42,320 nt of DNA, taken from assembly GCA_000934665.2 (NCBI GenBank), contig JYFJ02003401.1:1-42320 (forward strand), read 5' to 3'. The position numbers and the translations under genes are program-made. Under the pieces are notes generated by a model, which had not been told where the DNA came from, ran no database searches, and saw nothing but the letters and a program-made list of their open reading frames with translations. The DNA is from Catajapyx aquilonaris (Eukaryota). Of this stretch, positions 22,660-34,195 are shown piece by piece. Numbering within the stretch: the stretch's first letter is position 1; each line of letters begins with the position of its first letter.

Positions 22660-25600
22660 TCAGTGCAGGCGCACGGCCCATTCAGGTCCCCCTGGAGGTG
22701 GCGGCCTTTCCGAGGCGCCTGAGAGACGCCTTGGAACCATAAGGTCCCTTCCCCTCTTGGTTGTACACCTCTCCTCGTACAGGGCGTCCAGTTTTTTAAA
22801 CGTCCTCCTGGGTTTTTTCCGCAGCCAGGGCAGTTGTTTGACGAGGAAGATTTTTTTCCCCCTCCCTCCTTCTGCTTCCTCCACATCGCTCTCCTCACTT
22901 GACATGTAATCCTTTGTGAGGATCTGCCTAGCCTTCTTCCTGTCTTCTGCTGCTGCCAGGTGCTGGAGAGCAGTAAGCCTTCTTTCCAACTTCTGAAACA
23001 TACAATTATGTAAATTAGAGAGACAAACTATAGAGCCTATACCTTCGGAAAAAATTGCATAGACTATCTTTTTATCTTAGTGTACAGTAGGCCCTACATG
23101 TATGGATACATCTATAAATTAGCTATAATTAATTTTACAAATTAATTTTATTGCATTACACGTCATTCCCACTCGTGAGCACGCACAGGTTAATGATCCT
23201 TGTTGCGACTGAAAACCTTGCCCTTGTGGAGCTCAATTCACACTAATAATGTTCCAGTTCTTTCTATGACGCATGAAATACATAAAGACATGTTTTCTTA
23301 CCTCTAAAATCCTCGCATTTCGTTTGGATTTGAGGCTATATGCCTCAAATGTCCCCTTTTCCTTGCTCCTCTCCCGCCTGACCAGGGTTTTGTAGTAAGT
23401 TCGTACTGCTTCTGCAAGGAATAATAATATTACTGATAAGAATCAGGGACTTGCCATATAAATTGCACAATTACTGATATGTCTTCACTAAGTAATTCGC
23501 CTAAGCAGGTTAACATCGCTTTGACTAGTTATCATGGTTGATTGCGCAGTTCATATTATGTTATAATCACTTAATTTTGAACTAAAAATATTACACAGTC
23601 CAGAACAGAGGGGCCGTCAAAGAAGCGACGGATGGGGTCCCCCGGGGACAGCAAGGAGGAAGGGGATGCTGCGAGACGGGACGGGACGGGAGAGTTGGGG
23701 AAGATCAAAAAACGGCTGGGTGCGAGAGGTGAAGCGTGAAGGAGAAGGTGAACGAGATGGAGCAGAGGTGGTCAGGGAAGACGACCGAGCTTGAAAGGGA
23801 GGTGAGGCAGCTGAGGAAAGAGACGGAGGAGATGCGGTGGGAGAGGGAGGCCACGTGAAAGAAACTGATTGAATTGGAGGACCAATAACATCTGATGTTA
23901 TACAAAGACCACTCCTGATTTACTAGATTATGATTACATCTGGTGCACCGACAAAGTGGGCACTTGGTCAGGGGAGACGGAGTGGCGCCGCGGTAACGCG
24001 CGCGCCCACGGATGTTAAGGTCCCGGGTTCGATCCCAGCCCGGGGACACCCCCTTCATCTCGTGCAGAGGTCGGTCACCTCTGGCTTCGTCTCGGGTGGT
24101 ATTTCCTACAGACTAAACCACCCGGGGGAGCTCACTAAAAATGGCCACACGTCAGATGCACTGCACTTGCACATCCCCTCCTGTCATCCTGCCCGTGGGC
24201 CCGGGCGATACGTATAAAGGCTCCAATGTATACAACAAATAAAGGTCCATGTGATAAACCCTGATAGGGTGAAAGCATTACCCAAACAATTATTATTATT
24301 AAAATTAAGTGGGCACTTGGTGACCAACTGTAGAGAAACAGATTTACACCTGGTTAGTTGGTATAATAGACCACAGATAGGGTAATAACTTATACTGATT
24401 ATTACTTCTAATTTCATCCACTGTCCATATATTAGCGGGATCTTCAGTGACTCGAACCTCCTTGATCATTCTTCTGGAAAACTCCAGATTTCTTGGGTGT
24501 GTGAAGCTGAAAAATAAAAAATTACTGTAATACTTCAGAAATAAAGATACACACTCTTTGTCGTCAAATATTTTCTATCAGGTACAGTCTTTGAGATATG
24601 AATTTGTTGTAATTAATCTCCTGATGTATAACATCTCCATCATATCATTTATCCAGAGATTCATGCCTAGGCTGCGTTAAACATTTTTTTCAAAGCTACA
24701 GTAGCTATTCTCACCAATGTCCAAAATCGAAGAGGACTTCTCTGTTCTCTTGCAGCGCCTTGTATACTCGATGGACTGCTTGCTGAAAAGAGGAATAAAC
24801 GAAAACCTGAGTGAAAAACTTGACTGAAGATCCAATCAGCACACTTAGAGTGAAACCCGCCAATGTCACCCAATTGTTGGACAGCGAATGTGATCTGCTG
24901 CTTCTTTGCGGCACAATATTGGCGTGCAGGGTGCCAATGTTTCTGTCTAGGTTTCATTGTTGTAATGTTATCCAGCACGGCAAGTTAACAATGATCCTCA
25001 CATTACTTACATGGATTAGGTTCCTCTTCCTCACCCTTCTCCTCGAGGAATGAGCCATGTCACGTGATGCTTCCTCAGCTGCTGACTCGCCTCCCTCACT
25101 CGCCATTGGTGCACCCTTATCCGCAGTTGGTGAAGCAGTAGTCTGTGGGTGTGAATCAATGTAGGAAAAATTTTCCCATCGTAAATTGCTGCTTAGGCCA
25201 CATGCGTACATGTTCACAAAATGATTTAAAATACTGTCACAACAATGGCATTGGATACAGCCATGAGAAATACTTCCAAGGCAAGGTATCTGCACCTTCC
25301 ACTCCATGCAGGGGTGAGAATATATGAAGGGGCGAGACAAGAAGGTGAGGATTGGAAAGAAGTGTTAGTGAGAACTCAGAAGTGACTCGTACTTCCTCTA
25401 AAAATTACGCCCTGTTACATCACTGAGCCAAACATACCTTTCCATTTTCCTTCTTCTTCTTCTTCCCCTTCACGGCAACAGAGGCATCATCATTTGAGCG
25501 ACGAGGTGGAATATATTCTTCCTCCGAGTCAGAAATGGACTGATAACTGCAATCTGCGTCCTTGTAGGCAGGAGCCTTGTAGTTCCCTTTCCCCCCCATA

Positions 25601-28472
25601 ATGTAACTACATACAGATGCTCCTTCTCTCCTTGTAATAATTTTGTTCGGACCACTTGCCCGCTCGATTGATGTATCTGCTGCAGTGGCAAGACCTGCTT
25701 CGTAGCAGTCCAAGACTTCAGAAGCAGCAGCCTAGGAAATGAAATAATGTGTCTGGAACTCTGGATCATAAACTACTGCAAAAGGCCCAGCGGTATGGCA
25801 CCCACACAACCAAGTTAAAAGATATCAGTTATCAGAATGTTTCATGTGCAAGATATCCACCCACTAGACTAGAGAATTAAGAAAGCATCCAATATGTTGC
25901 CGGAAAGTTACTCACAGTAGCTTCTCTGGTCACCCTTTCACTTCGGACTCTTGCTGGTTCACGTGAGGGGCTACTTAACACTGAAGGTGCCTGATTATCC
26001 TCTGCTCGCCCTCCATCATCTGAGACTCCAACTCCACCAATCTGGGATAATAAGTAAAATAATGTGGCACAAAAAACACACTAAATGCGCAAAGGGTCAT
26101 TATTCCTTAAAAAGGGGGAACAAGTCCCATTTGTTCCTTACCATATTATTTACAGCAGGATCTTTCCCCCTCTTTCCCCTTCTCTTTGAGCCACTGGCTG
26201 AGCCGCATGGAGAGCCATTTGCTTCCCATTCCAAGATTTCAGTTGCAGTGATCTAGAATACGAAACAATAATTAAATTGGCATAAGATCACAAGTTATTG
26301 AGACATGACGAATTTTCCCTGCTAATTTTGGAACACCATCTATCATAGCTGTGCAGTGCCTTTCAAACTTTGTTGTTGATGATTAGCAACACTGCACATG
26401 TTTACTTGTTCCCCCCCCCCCCTCTCATTACACTTCAAAATTACGGCAGATTTAACATAATCTCAAGTACATGGAACCTATACAGGGTGAAGGGAAACTC
26501 GCAGTTGGTGCCTAAACTTCCAGAATAGAGGGGTGTCCGACTTCCAGCTAATGTGCCCATACATATTGATAGGCTTTTCCACGGTTCCAGAAAAATTGTC
26601 CAACAACAGGAGTTTTACATTATTAGTTTTGCGAGTACTATAAGTGTACCTGGTGATTGTACGCAAGTTTCCCTTCACCATGTATGTACCACAAGGATTG
26701 ACACAGCTGCACATCCATTGCCAACCAAATTACATCAAAAGCATTTCACCTGCATAGTAGAGTTTAAATTGATTCCAAGTTCAGGTTGAGGATCTCCCTC
26801 AGTTCGTTCGGCGACTCCATCTGCATCTTCACACTGGACGTCTCCCTCACCTGAAAGATCATCATGAGTGTTTTCTTGTACATCTGTATACACAATGTAA
26901 TCAATTTGTATTTTTCTAAAATTAAGGTGTATTAGTTCAACAAGGGTGCAAACAGTGACATTCCAAAAAATATACGCAAACGTGTCAGTCATTAGGCACT
27001 GTAATGGCTCCAATAAAAAATTTCTGATTATATCATGTTACCACACCACAACTTCAATATGCAGTACTTCTACTGTTCGTGGTGGTGGGGTTTGCGTTTC
27101 TCCCATGACCCCAAGAGCTATACCGGCGGTAGCTTCGTCTACTGGTAGGGCCACCCAAGCCGGACAGGTCTTTGGGATAGGAGACAGACTAAGAGAGATG
27201 CCAGTCTTTCCTCTCTTCTTTTTCCTCTTCGTTTCTCCCTCCATCTGTCCCACCTTTGCTTCTTCTTACAGCCAGATAGCCACAGTTGCTTTGGCTTCTT
27301 CCAAATAAACCAACTAAACCAAACTTCTACTGTACTAATATCAAACAATAGTTCTAGGTTCAACAAAATACATGGTAAAAAGAATTGAAAAATAGCACAG
27401 CTTGACTTGCTCAATGCGGCTCAGACTCAGCAGATGTGCATCTGTGTGTGTGCCACATTATCAGTTAGGCAAGTGATACTAATCACAGAAACAGTGTAAT
27501 TAAAAAGGCCCATATTAGCTAACAATCACAATGCAATGCATGATATGCCTGCATTGAAATACTCTGAACATGAGAGCCAATGTTCTGCTCAAAGTGCCTG
27601 GCACACTACGAATGACACTGACTGTGAGCAGTTCGGTATTTCTCACTCACCAAGCCTTTCATTGATAAATACATAATAATGCATAAAGACATACTTGCGC
27701 TTGAAGAACTTCCATTTGGAGGGTCGTTGTAGCCAATCAGAGCAATAATTTCTCTGATATTCTCTGCAGTCTGAGCCTCCAAATTTTGTGTCTGATATTC
27801 CTGTAGGATGTGGAAAAACATGATGAATTCCTCGAATCATGGTATGATGGCATAATCTCCTACATATGAGTAATGTTCTCCTATTGTAATGCTCTTTGCT
27901 CTGATAAACATATGATAAACAGTGCAGCAATGTTGAAACCCAAACAACATTAATTAATGCATTTCCATTGAAACATAAGTGACAGATTTTGAGTACCTAG
28001 CCTCTGAGCCATCATGAACCAGTTCCATCGACATTTCAGTTGAACTCTCCAGCAGCACTACAGTTATCCCAAGCACCCCACATATTTCATGACCGGCTTC
28101 TCCACTAGTTAACCTTACCCATCTGCCCTGCACTCCTTCCATCCCGATCATCATCTGCTCCACCTTGAACTGGTCCGCTTCAACTTTGACAGCCGTGGTA
28201 AGCCCACCAGGTTCACTTTCAGCAAGGCCAGTCGTAATACATTGGTCTGACGGATGGTGGTTGGGAACCGCATCAGTAGCTAACAAAGGAAAACATTTCA
28301 AGTCACACACATGACGCTTTCTCATTGGGTCCATATACTACTCACGCTGATGATTCCTGATGAGCCACTCTTCCAGCATGCCCATGACCCCGTCCCACTT
28401 GTCCCAACGAGCAAAGAAGCCCTCCAAACAGCCCCTGACTGATCTCAGCAGCTCCCTGTCCTCAGAGTCCAT
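22660..28472 (-). CDS. C14orf93/DUF4616-like protein, ~600 aa, 12 coding exons: 28472-28346, 28279-28119, 27800-27695, 26883-26750, 26252-26142, 26041-25916, 25731-25438, 25142-25011, 24782-24715, 24506-24406, 23411-23302, 22992-22660
   Basis: All introns GT-AG; phases chain to 1803 nt without a stop. The C-terminus AVRTYYKTL..R..R...YMSSEES..VKQLPW....F..LD....R...S.RPPP..P.WA resembles the C14orf93-family domain; the N-terminal half is low-complexity. The 5' exons are less certain than the 3' ones. Confidence 0.7.
23600..23886 (+). mobile_element. LINE ORF1 coiled-coil fragment in intron
   Basis: VKEKVNEMEQRWSGKTTELEREVRQLRKETEEMRWEREAT*KKLIELEDQ resembles the heptads before the LEDxSRR motif of LINE ORF1; contains stops. 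Confidence 0.5.
23969..24306 (+). mobile_element. Full-length tRNA-derived SINE with 15-bp TSD
   Basis: A box tggcgccgcggt, B box ggttcgatcc, (att)n tail; TSD aagtgggcacttggt at 23954-23968 and 24307-24321. Confidence 0.92.
27072..27203 (+). mobile_element. RTE-clade retrotransposon 5'-UTR-derived fragment
   Basis: cgtggtggtggggtttgcgt...atgacc..agagctat...gtagggccacccaagccggacaggtc matches the conserved 5' UTR of RTE/BovB/Expander-type elements. Confidence 0.7.
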
Positions 28473-28667
28473 GGCTTGAATATCCTGTTATGTGGACACC
28501 CCCCTTTCCTTTTATCCCCACGCTTCCCTCCAACCTGTCCTCGGTGCTCCTCCTGGACTCCCTGAATCCAATGGACGGAATGGTACCCGTTTCCCACGAA
28601 AATGTGTCGCCTAAACGCTCTTCAAGTCATCTCAAACCTGACCATCAAAAAAAATGTGCGAAAAGTC

Positions 28668-28971
28668 CCATTGTCGGCGGCCATCTTTGATTAATCTTCC
28701 ACACCGTTGCCAGATTGCGCCAATTCGAACTAACGGGACAGTAACGGACAGAGTAAAAAGCAGATCAAACACGTTGTGTAATACAACAGCATTTGCTGTG
28801 TACATTACATTAATTAATTGCTCGTTAGATTAGCACTATAATAATAATTATTGAAGAATGTTGCGTCCGGATTTTTTGAGTGACTTGTCCCGTGGTTGCA
28901 TCCGAATATGAGCAGAAGGAACGGACCGGAAGCGGCGGTCGGAACGCACCCAAGATGGCCGCCGACAATGG
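28668..28971. promoter_or_regulatory. Promoter cassette upstream of the C14orf93-like gene, with a perfect 20-bp terminal inverted repeat
   Basis: ccattgtcggcggccatctt (28668-28687) and aagatggccgccgacaatgg (28952-28971) flank the same core as in the F-box copies. Confidence 0.8.
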
Positions 28972-29220
28972 AAGTGCTCCAATTTTGAAATCTGAACCTT
29001 TTTATTCTTACTTTTCCAATCCAAAAATAGGTTAATGAGCAAACTGGTTACATACGCCATAATTTTAAATATTCCCTTTCAAGCCATGGGATCCACATTA
29101 ACCAGTGGCGGATCTGCACAATATTCGTACACCCTGAAGAAGCGCATACTTGTCTGCTCGTCCAAAGCAGGGATGAATTGTATGATGCGACATTGTGATT
29201 GCAAAGACTGGTGGCTTGAA

Positions 29221-30262
29221 TTACGGATATGTGGAAATTTGCAGGGTGCTGCTTGCCGCCTGCAACTCACCCAGGGCCTCAGCTGACTGGTCCAGGTTGT
29301 CGCACCAGAAGAGCTTCAGCTGCTGGAGGTTGCGGCATCTCCTCACCAGGTCTAGGAGCGGGCCGTTGGTGACCTCATTACATCTCCACAAACAGAAGTG
29401 AGTCAGGAGAGGGCAGTTGGCAGAAATGGCCGATATGCAACCATTGTCCAGAGTTGAGCAATAAGAGAGGTCGAGCTTCTCAAGGCTACCCACAATGTTC
29501 GGAATGGAGAAAAACCTCTGCAACCTTGTGCAGTGCAGGTGTCACACCTAACCAGGGTCAAGCTACGGAGGTTGCGCAGTCTCCCGATCTCATCTTGCTT
29601 CTACTTGACAATCTTGTTTGCTGCCTCCCTTCGTTTCGGCTGCACAAGCCAAGCAGGATTCCTCCTCGTCACGAATCACTGAATCGGCCGCTGATTTTCC
29701 CGGCGTCTTGTCCAGCACCTCCGAGGCACCCAACCCACCAGCAATCTGAAACAAAATGAGTGTAAAAGATGGTCGCACATGTAATCATGCGGTCGTGTAA
29801 AAATGAATGCGACAGTTCCGTGCATAATGATAGGCTGATGGTCAGCACCGGTGCAGTCACTCCAAAGCCATGCAGATGACACCAACAAGAATATCCTTTC
29901 TTTTTTTCACCTTTCTCCTTGGCTTCTCCTCCAGTTCCATGCACAACTCAACCCTCTTCCTCTTCATGGCCCTCGTCTCCACAGTGTTCTGACCCTTCTC
30001 CTCGGAAGAAACCAACCGCTGGCCCCCGAGAGTGCGGGCCAACACTTCTACTGGCCTGTGGGTGTTGCCTACGAGAAACAACAACTCGGGGAGCCTTGGC
30101 CAGTTTCTCCCAGTGACCTCGTTCGATGGCGGGGGGAACGCAACCTCAGATCATTAATGCTGGTTATCTTTTCCAAGTTCTTGGCAGGAACTCAAAATTT
30201 CCAAGGGATGCTTTAAGTAATTGTAGTACCAGTTGAACCTTTTCCCGCAGTCTTCTGTACCT
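29221..30262 (-). pseudogene. Scrambled F-box/LRR pseudogene(s)
   Basis: Minus-strand order: exon-4 start (30260-30010), exon-1 end (~30005-29911), intron, exon 2 (29745-29591) fused directly to the last LRRs (29590-29221). Exon 3 and the F-box are missing. Confidence 0.85.
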
Positions 30263-30638
30263 GTGTCATAAGAAGGTGACATGTGGCAGCAATTTTGGGA
30301 TCAAGTTCTTGGTTAATTGTTGGGTGAACAATTATCGGCTGGTTACGTAGAGAGCAGGCTTGTTAGGGGGAAGGATACAACTGTCCGTTATTGTTGTCAA
30401 TTTAATTTCAATTCCATGTGTACATAGAGCAGCCAAATGTGCGTCGGCATGAAAATTATGACTCGTGTTTCAACATGTGGATTCTGCACCTTATGGCAGT
30501 GACTGTCAATTAAATAAGGCACTGCAATCCAGCAAAGTATTGCAATCACGAGTTTAACACAAGACAACCTATGTTGAGAAGTGCTCACTGGTAAACACTT
30601 CAAGCTTTGAAGCTTGCACTGTTTTTGTGAGCAGGAAT

Positions 30639-32406
30639 TTACCAAAACATGGAATACCAGCCAGTGATGGGAAATAGAGAAATTCGGAGCTTGTCACTGG
30701 CCGCCTGCAACTGACGCAGGGCCACCGCTCTCCCGTCCACCCTGCCGCACCAGTTGAGCTCAAGGTGCTGGAGGTTGTGGCACCTCCTCACCAGGTCTAG
30801 GAGCGAGGCGTTGCGGACCTTTTGGTTTCTCACCAAGCAGAAATGAGTCAGGAGAGGGCAGTTCATGGCAATGGCTGAGATGCAACCATTGTCCAGGGTT
30901 TGGCAATAAGAAAGGCTGAGCTTCTCCAGGCGGCCAACTATGTTTGGCTTGGAGAAAAAGCTCTTCAGAGGTTGTGCCATGCACCAGCGAAACTTTGCCA
31001 GGGTCAGGCTACGGAGGTTGTGCAGTCTTCCGATCCCATCCTGAAGGTGAGTGTCAGTCAAGATGGTACAGTCTTGGATATTCAGCTCCTCCAGCAGTGG
31101 GAAGCGTGCGAGGAGAAGGAAGGACTCCGGGTTGACGAAGCAATTAAACTTCAGCTTACTCAGCCGGCCCCCCACACTGCAGGCCAAAACTTCTACTTCC
31201 TTGTCAGCATTGTCCATGAGAAGCGACACGCTGGTGAGATTCGGCCAATTTTGCCCAGTGAACTCGCTTGATGGCGGAGGGAAACTTCCAGCACCTATGG
31301 TTATCTCTTCTAGCTCCTGGCAGGAACTCAAAATGTCCAAGGGATGCTTTGAATAAACGTCTTTCCAGTTGAACATACTCAGGCAGATGCTCCTCAGTGC
31401 ACTGCACCTGGGTCGTAAAAATAGAAGTAAGGAACTGGCCATAAACGACACTTAACTTGCCTCCTTTACTTACTCCTGTGCGATCAGTTCCAGCATATTC
31501 TGCGCCACATTGGTATCCTGAACACTGAGATGCTTCAGGTGAGGAAGCTTCTCCGCTACTACCTCCAGCAGCGAATCAACCTTCACTCTCTTCCAGTCCA
31601 TAAGAGTAAGTGACTCCAGATGGGTCATGTTGTCCACGATCACCTGCACTGATTCCTCCAGAGTCAGAAGGTGGGCATCCAAGACCATCTTCTTCCTGAG
31701 ACCCATCCACTCCTTGGCCACCCTGCACCAATCTTTGCATACCAGTGTGAGGGTCATATGGATGGTTTTATCATCCAGGTACGAGAACACCTTTGCCTTC
31801 ATCTCATCGGGCAGGCTGACAAATGTCTTGAAGCTATCCTGCAATTGTCAGGAAAATGCTTAAGTATGTAAACAAGTAATGATCACTTTAAGTGCCGGTA
31901 ATGTGAGTCTCTGCAGCCCAGTCACTAGATAATTAGCTTCATGTCATCCCGCACTCACCGTCGCTTCTACTTGACAATCTTGTTTGCCGTCTCCCTTCGT
32001 CTCGGCTGCATAAGCCAAGGAGGATTCCTTCTCGTCACGAATCATGGAATCGGCCGCTGATTGTCCTGGTGTCTTGGCCTCCACCTCCGAGGCACCCAAC
32101 CCACCAGCAATCTGAAACAAAATTAGTGTAAAAGATGGTCGCACATGTAATCATGCGGTCCCGTAAAAATTAATGTGGCAGTTCCATGCAAAATTATTGG
32201 CTGATGGTCACCACTGGTGCGGTCACCCAAAAGCCATGCAGATGACACAAACTAAAACTTTGATTTAATTTCACCTTTCCCCGTGGCTCCTCTTTTTCTT
32301 CCTCCACCCCCCTGCCCATGTCCACCCTCCTTCTCTTCATGCCCCTCGTCTCCACAGTCTTCCTTCCCTTCTCCTCGGCCTCCCTCGGCGTCCTTCTAGT
32401 CTCCAT
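30639..32406 (-). CDS. F-box/LRR protein copy 9; exons 32406-32275, 32111-31959, 31838-31474, 31407-30639
   Basis: All exons open and phase-consistent; F-box LPDEMKAKVFSYL..LTLVCKDW. Confidence 0.9.
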
Positions 32407-32497
32407 CAGAGAACAACGGGTGGCAACAACCGACCGAAGATTCGAAAGGCAACAAAATAGGTTCAGCGGAGGACATGAAATTCGAACTTTTTTTTTT

Positions 32498-32783
32498 TTG
32501 TCGGCGGCCATCTTGGATTATTTCAACGCCATGTTGCCATATTTCCCTCATTCGAACAGACGAATCTATAGTTATAAAGTCGACAAATAGTGAAATCATA
32601 CAAGATATTGAACACAATCGCATTTTCTGTACATTACATACATTAATTATTGCATATTATTTAGCAAAAAAATGGAAGAAATATAGGTTGCGTCCGGATT
32701 TGGAGTGACGCGTTCGCACGTGGTTGCGTCCGAATCGATGTAACTGATGGAACGGACTGGAAGCGACAACCGGAACGCACCCA
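32498..32783. promoter_or_regulatory. Promoter cassette (copy 9; right YY1-like motif lost)
   Basis: ttgtcggcggccatcttgg ... gttgcgtccggatt..gtgacg..gttgcgtccgaat..ggaacggactgg..ggaacgcaccc. Confidence 0.7.
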
Positions 32784-33299
32784 AACACATAACAGTTGCG
32801 GTTTTCGAGCTTTAATTGACTTTATTTACAATTATTTGTTGCCCATTATTGTTGCAAATGATCCCAACAGAGAGGTTACATGAGGGAGACACGTACCTGG
32901 CATTCAGATACCTTATGGCAGTGATTGTGAATTAAATAAATAAGGCACCGCAATCCCAAAAGTATTGCAACACTAGCTACTAACTATATGCTGGAAAACA
33001 TGCAAAATAATAAATTAATACTGGCCATGAAAACAATGCAACTGTTTCAAAGGCAACTTTCGTAGCAACTTAGCCGGTACAAACTTGACTGTTGAGACAG
33101 TTTACATTCATTGGTAATGACACTCTTGGTAATGATCATTGATTAACCGCGAATTGCATTTGAATCGTTTCCAAACATTAAAAATAAAAAAATCCCGTTC
33201 ATGTCAGGGATGTTGCGATCCACTTTAACTAGTGGAGCATCTGCACAACATTCGTTCACCTTTGATGAAGCTTGCACTTGTCTGTTCATGGATAGGAAT

Positions 33300-33632
33300 T
33301 GCAGCTCTTTCAGTTGCAGAAAGCTTTGCCAGGAGAAGGAAGGAATCTGGTTTACGGATGAAACCAACTGCAAGTTTCCTCAGCTGGCCCCCCTTAGAGT
33401 GGGGGCCAACAACTTCTACTGGCCTGTCGGTGTTGCCTACGAGAAGCAACACCTCAGTGAGCCTCGGCCTGTTTCTCCCAGTGACCTCGTTCCATTAGCG
33501 GAGGGAACCTAAGGTCATTTACGGTTATCTTTTCTAGTTCTTGGGAGGAACAAAAAATTACCAAGGGACGCTTTGAGTAATTGTCGTACCAGTTGAACCT
33601 TTTCATGTAGATTTCCTGCAGTTTTCTGTACC
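33300..33632 (-). pseudogene. LRR exon-4 5' fragment, paralogous to 30010-30260
   Basis: DRPVEVV..QLRKLAVGFIRKPDSFLLLA with frameshifts; flank 33640-33810 matches 30270-30440. Confidence 0.8.
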
Positions 33633-33999
33633 TGTGTCATAAAAAGGTGACAAGTTGGGATCACGTTCTCAGACACTGGGTAATTGTTGGGTGAACAATT
33701 ATCGGCTGGTTACGTAGAGAGCAGGCTTGTTAGGGGGAAGGATACAACTGTCCATTATTGTTGTCAATTTAATTTCAATTCCATGTGTACATAGTGCAGC
33801 CAAATGTGCATAGGTGTACAGTGTTGGACGTAAACCGAGGCATGCTCCTAGCGACATTTTCCGAAGCAGCAGAAGAAGGAATCGAAGATAAGGATAGTGC
33901 AAGCCGAGCGAGCAAGATTCCTTCTTCTGCCGTTTCGGAAAATGCCGATAGCAGCATCCAGCGATTTGTCCAACTCTGTACATAGTGCAGCCAAATGTA

Positions 34000-34195
34000 C
34001 CCCCGCGAGCATAAAGATGGAGACGGCAGGCCCTTTTTTGACCTTCAATTACCCGACTCAAATATGAATGAACTATTTTTGGACCGAGTTAGCTGCTTCA
34101 GGCGTGTGTTCATGTATTTATGGCAGTATATTTGATACTGTAATTGCTGAGATTGGCAGAGCAGCCTGCCGTCTCCATCTTTATGCTCGCGGGTG
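34000..34195. mobile_element. TA-flanked MITE (Tc1/mariner/pogo-like)
   Basis: TA|cccccgcgagcataaagatggagacggcaggc ... gcctgccgtctccatctttatgctcgcgggtg|TA; empty site at ~30440. Confidence 0.88.

Noticed and set aside
23969..24050. tRNA gene
   Set aside because: A/B boxes belong to a SINE with body, tail and TSD; no full cloverleaf. The same applies to 21758-21809 and 36780-36935.
24255..24285. Hammerhead ribozyme (ctgata...gaaa)
   Set aside because: Core deviates from CUGANGA and stem II is absent.
27997..28057. Extra exon of the C14orf93-like gene
   Set aside because: 61 nt with plausible splice sites, but it breaks the frame between two phase-0 boundaries; left out of the model.
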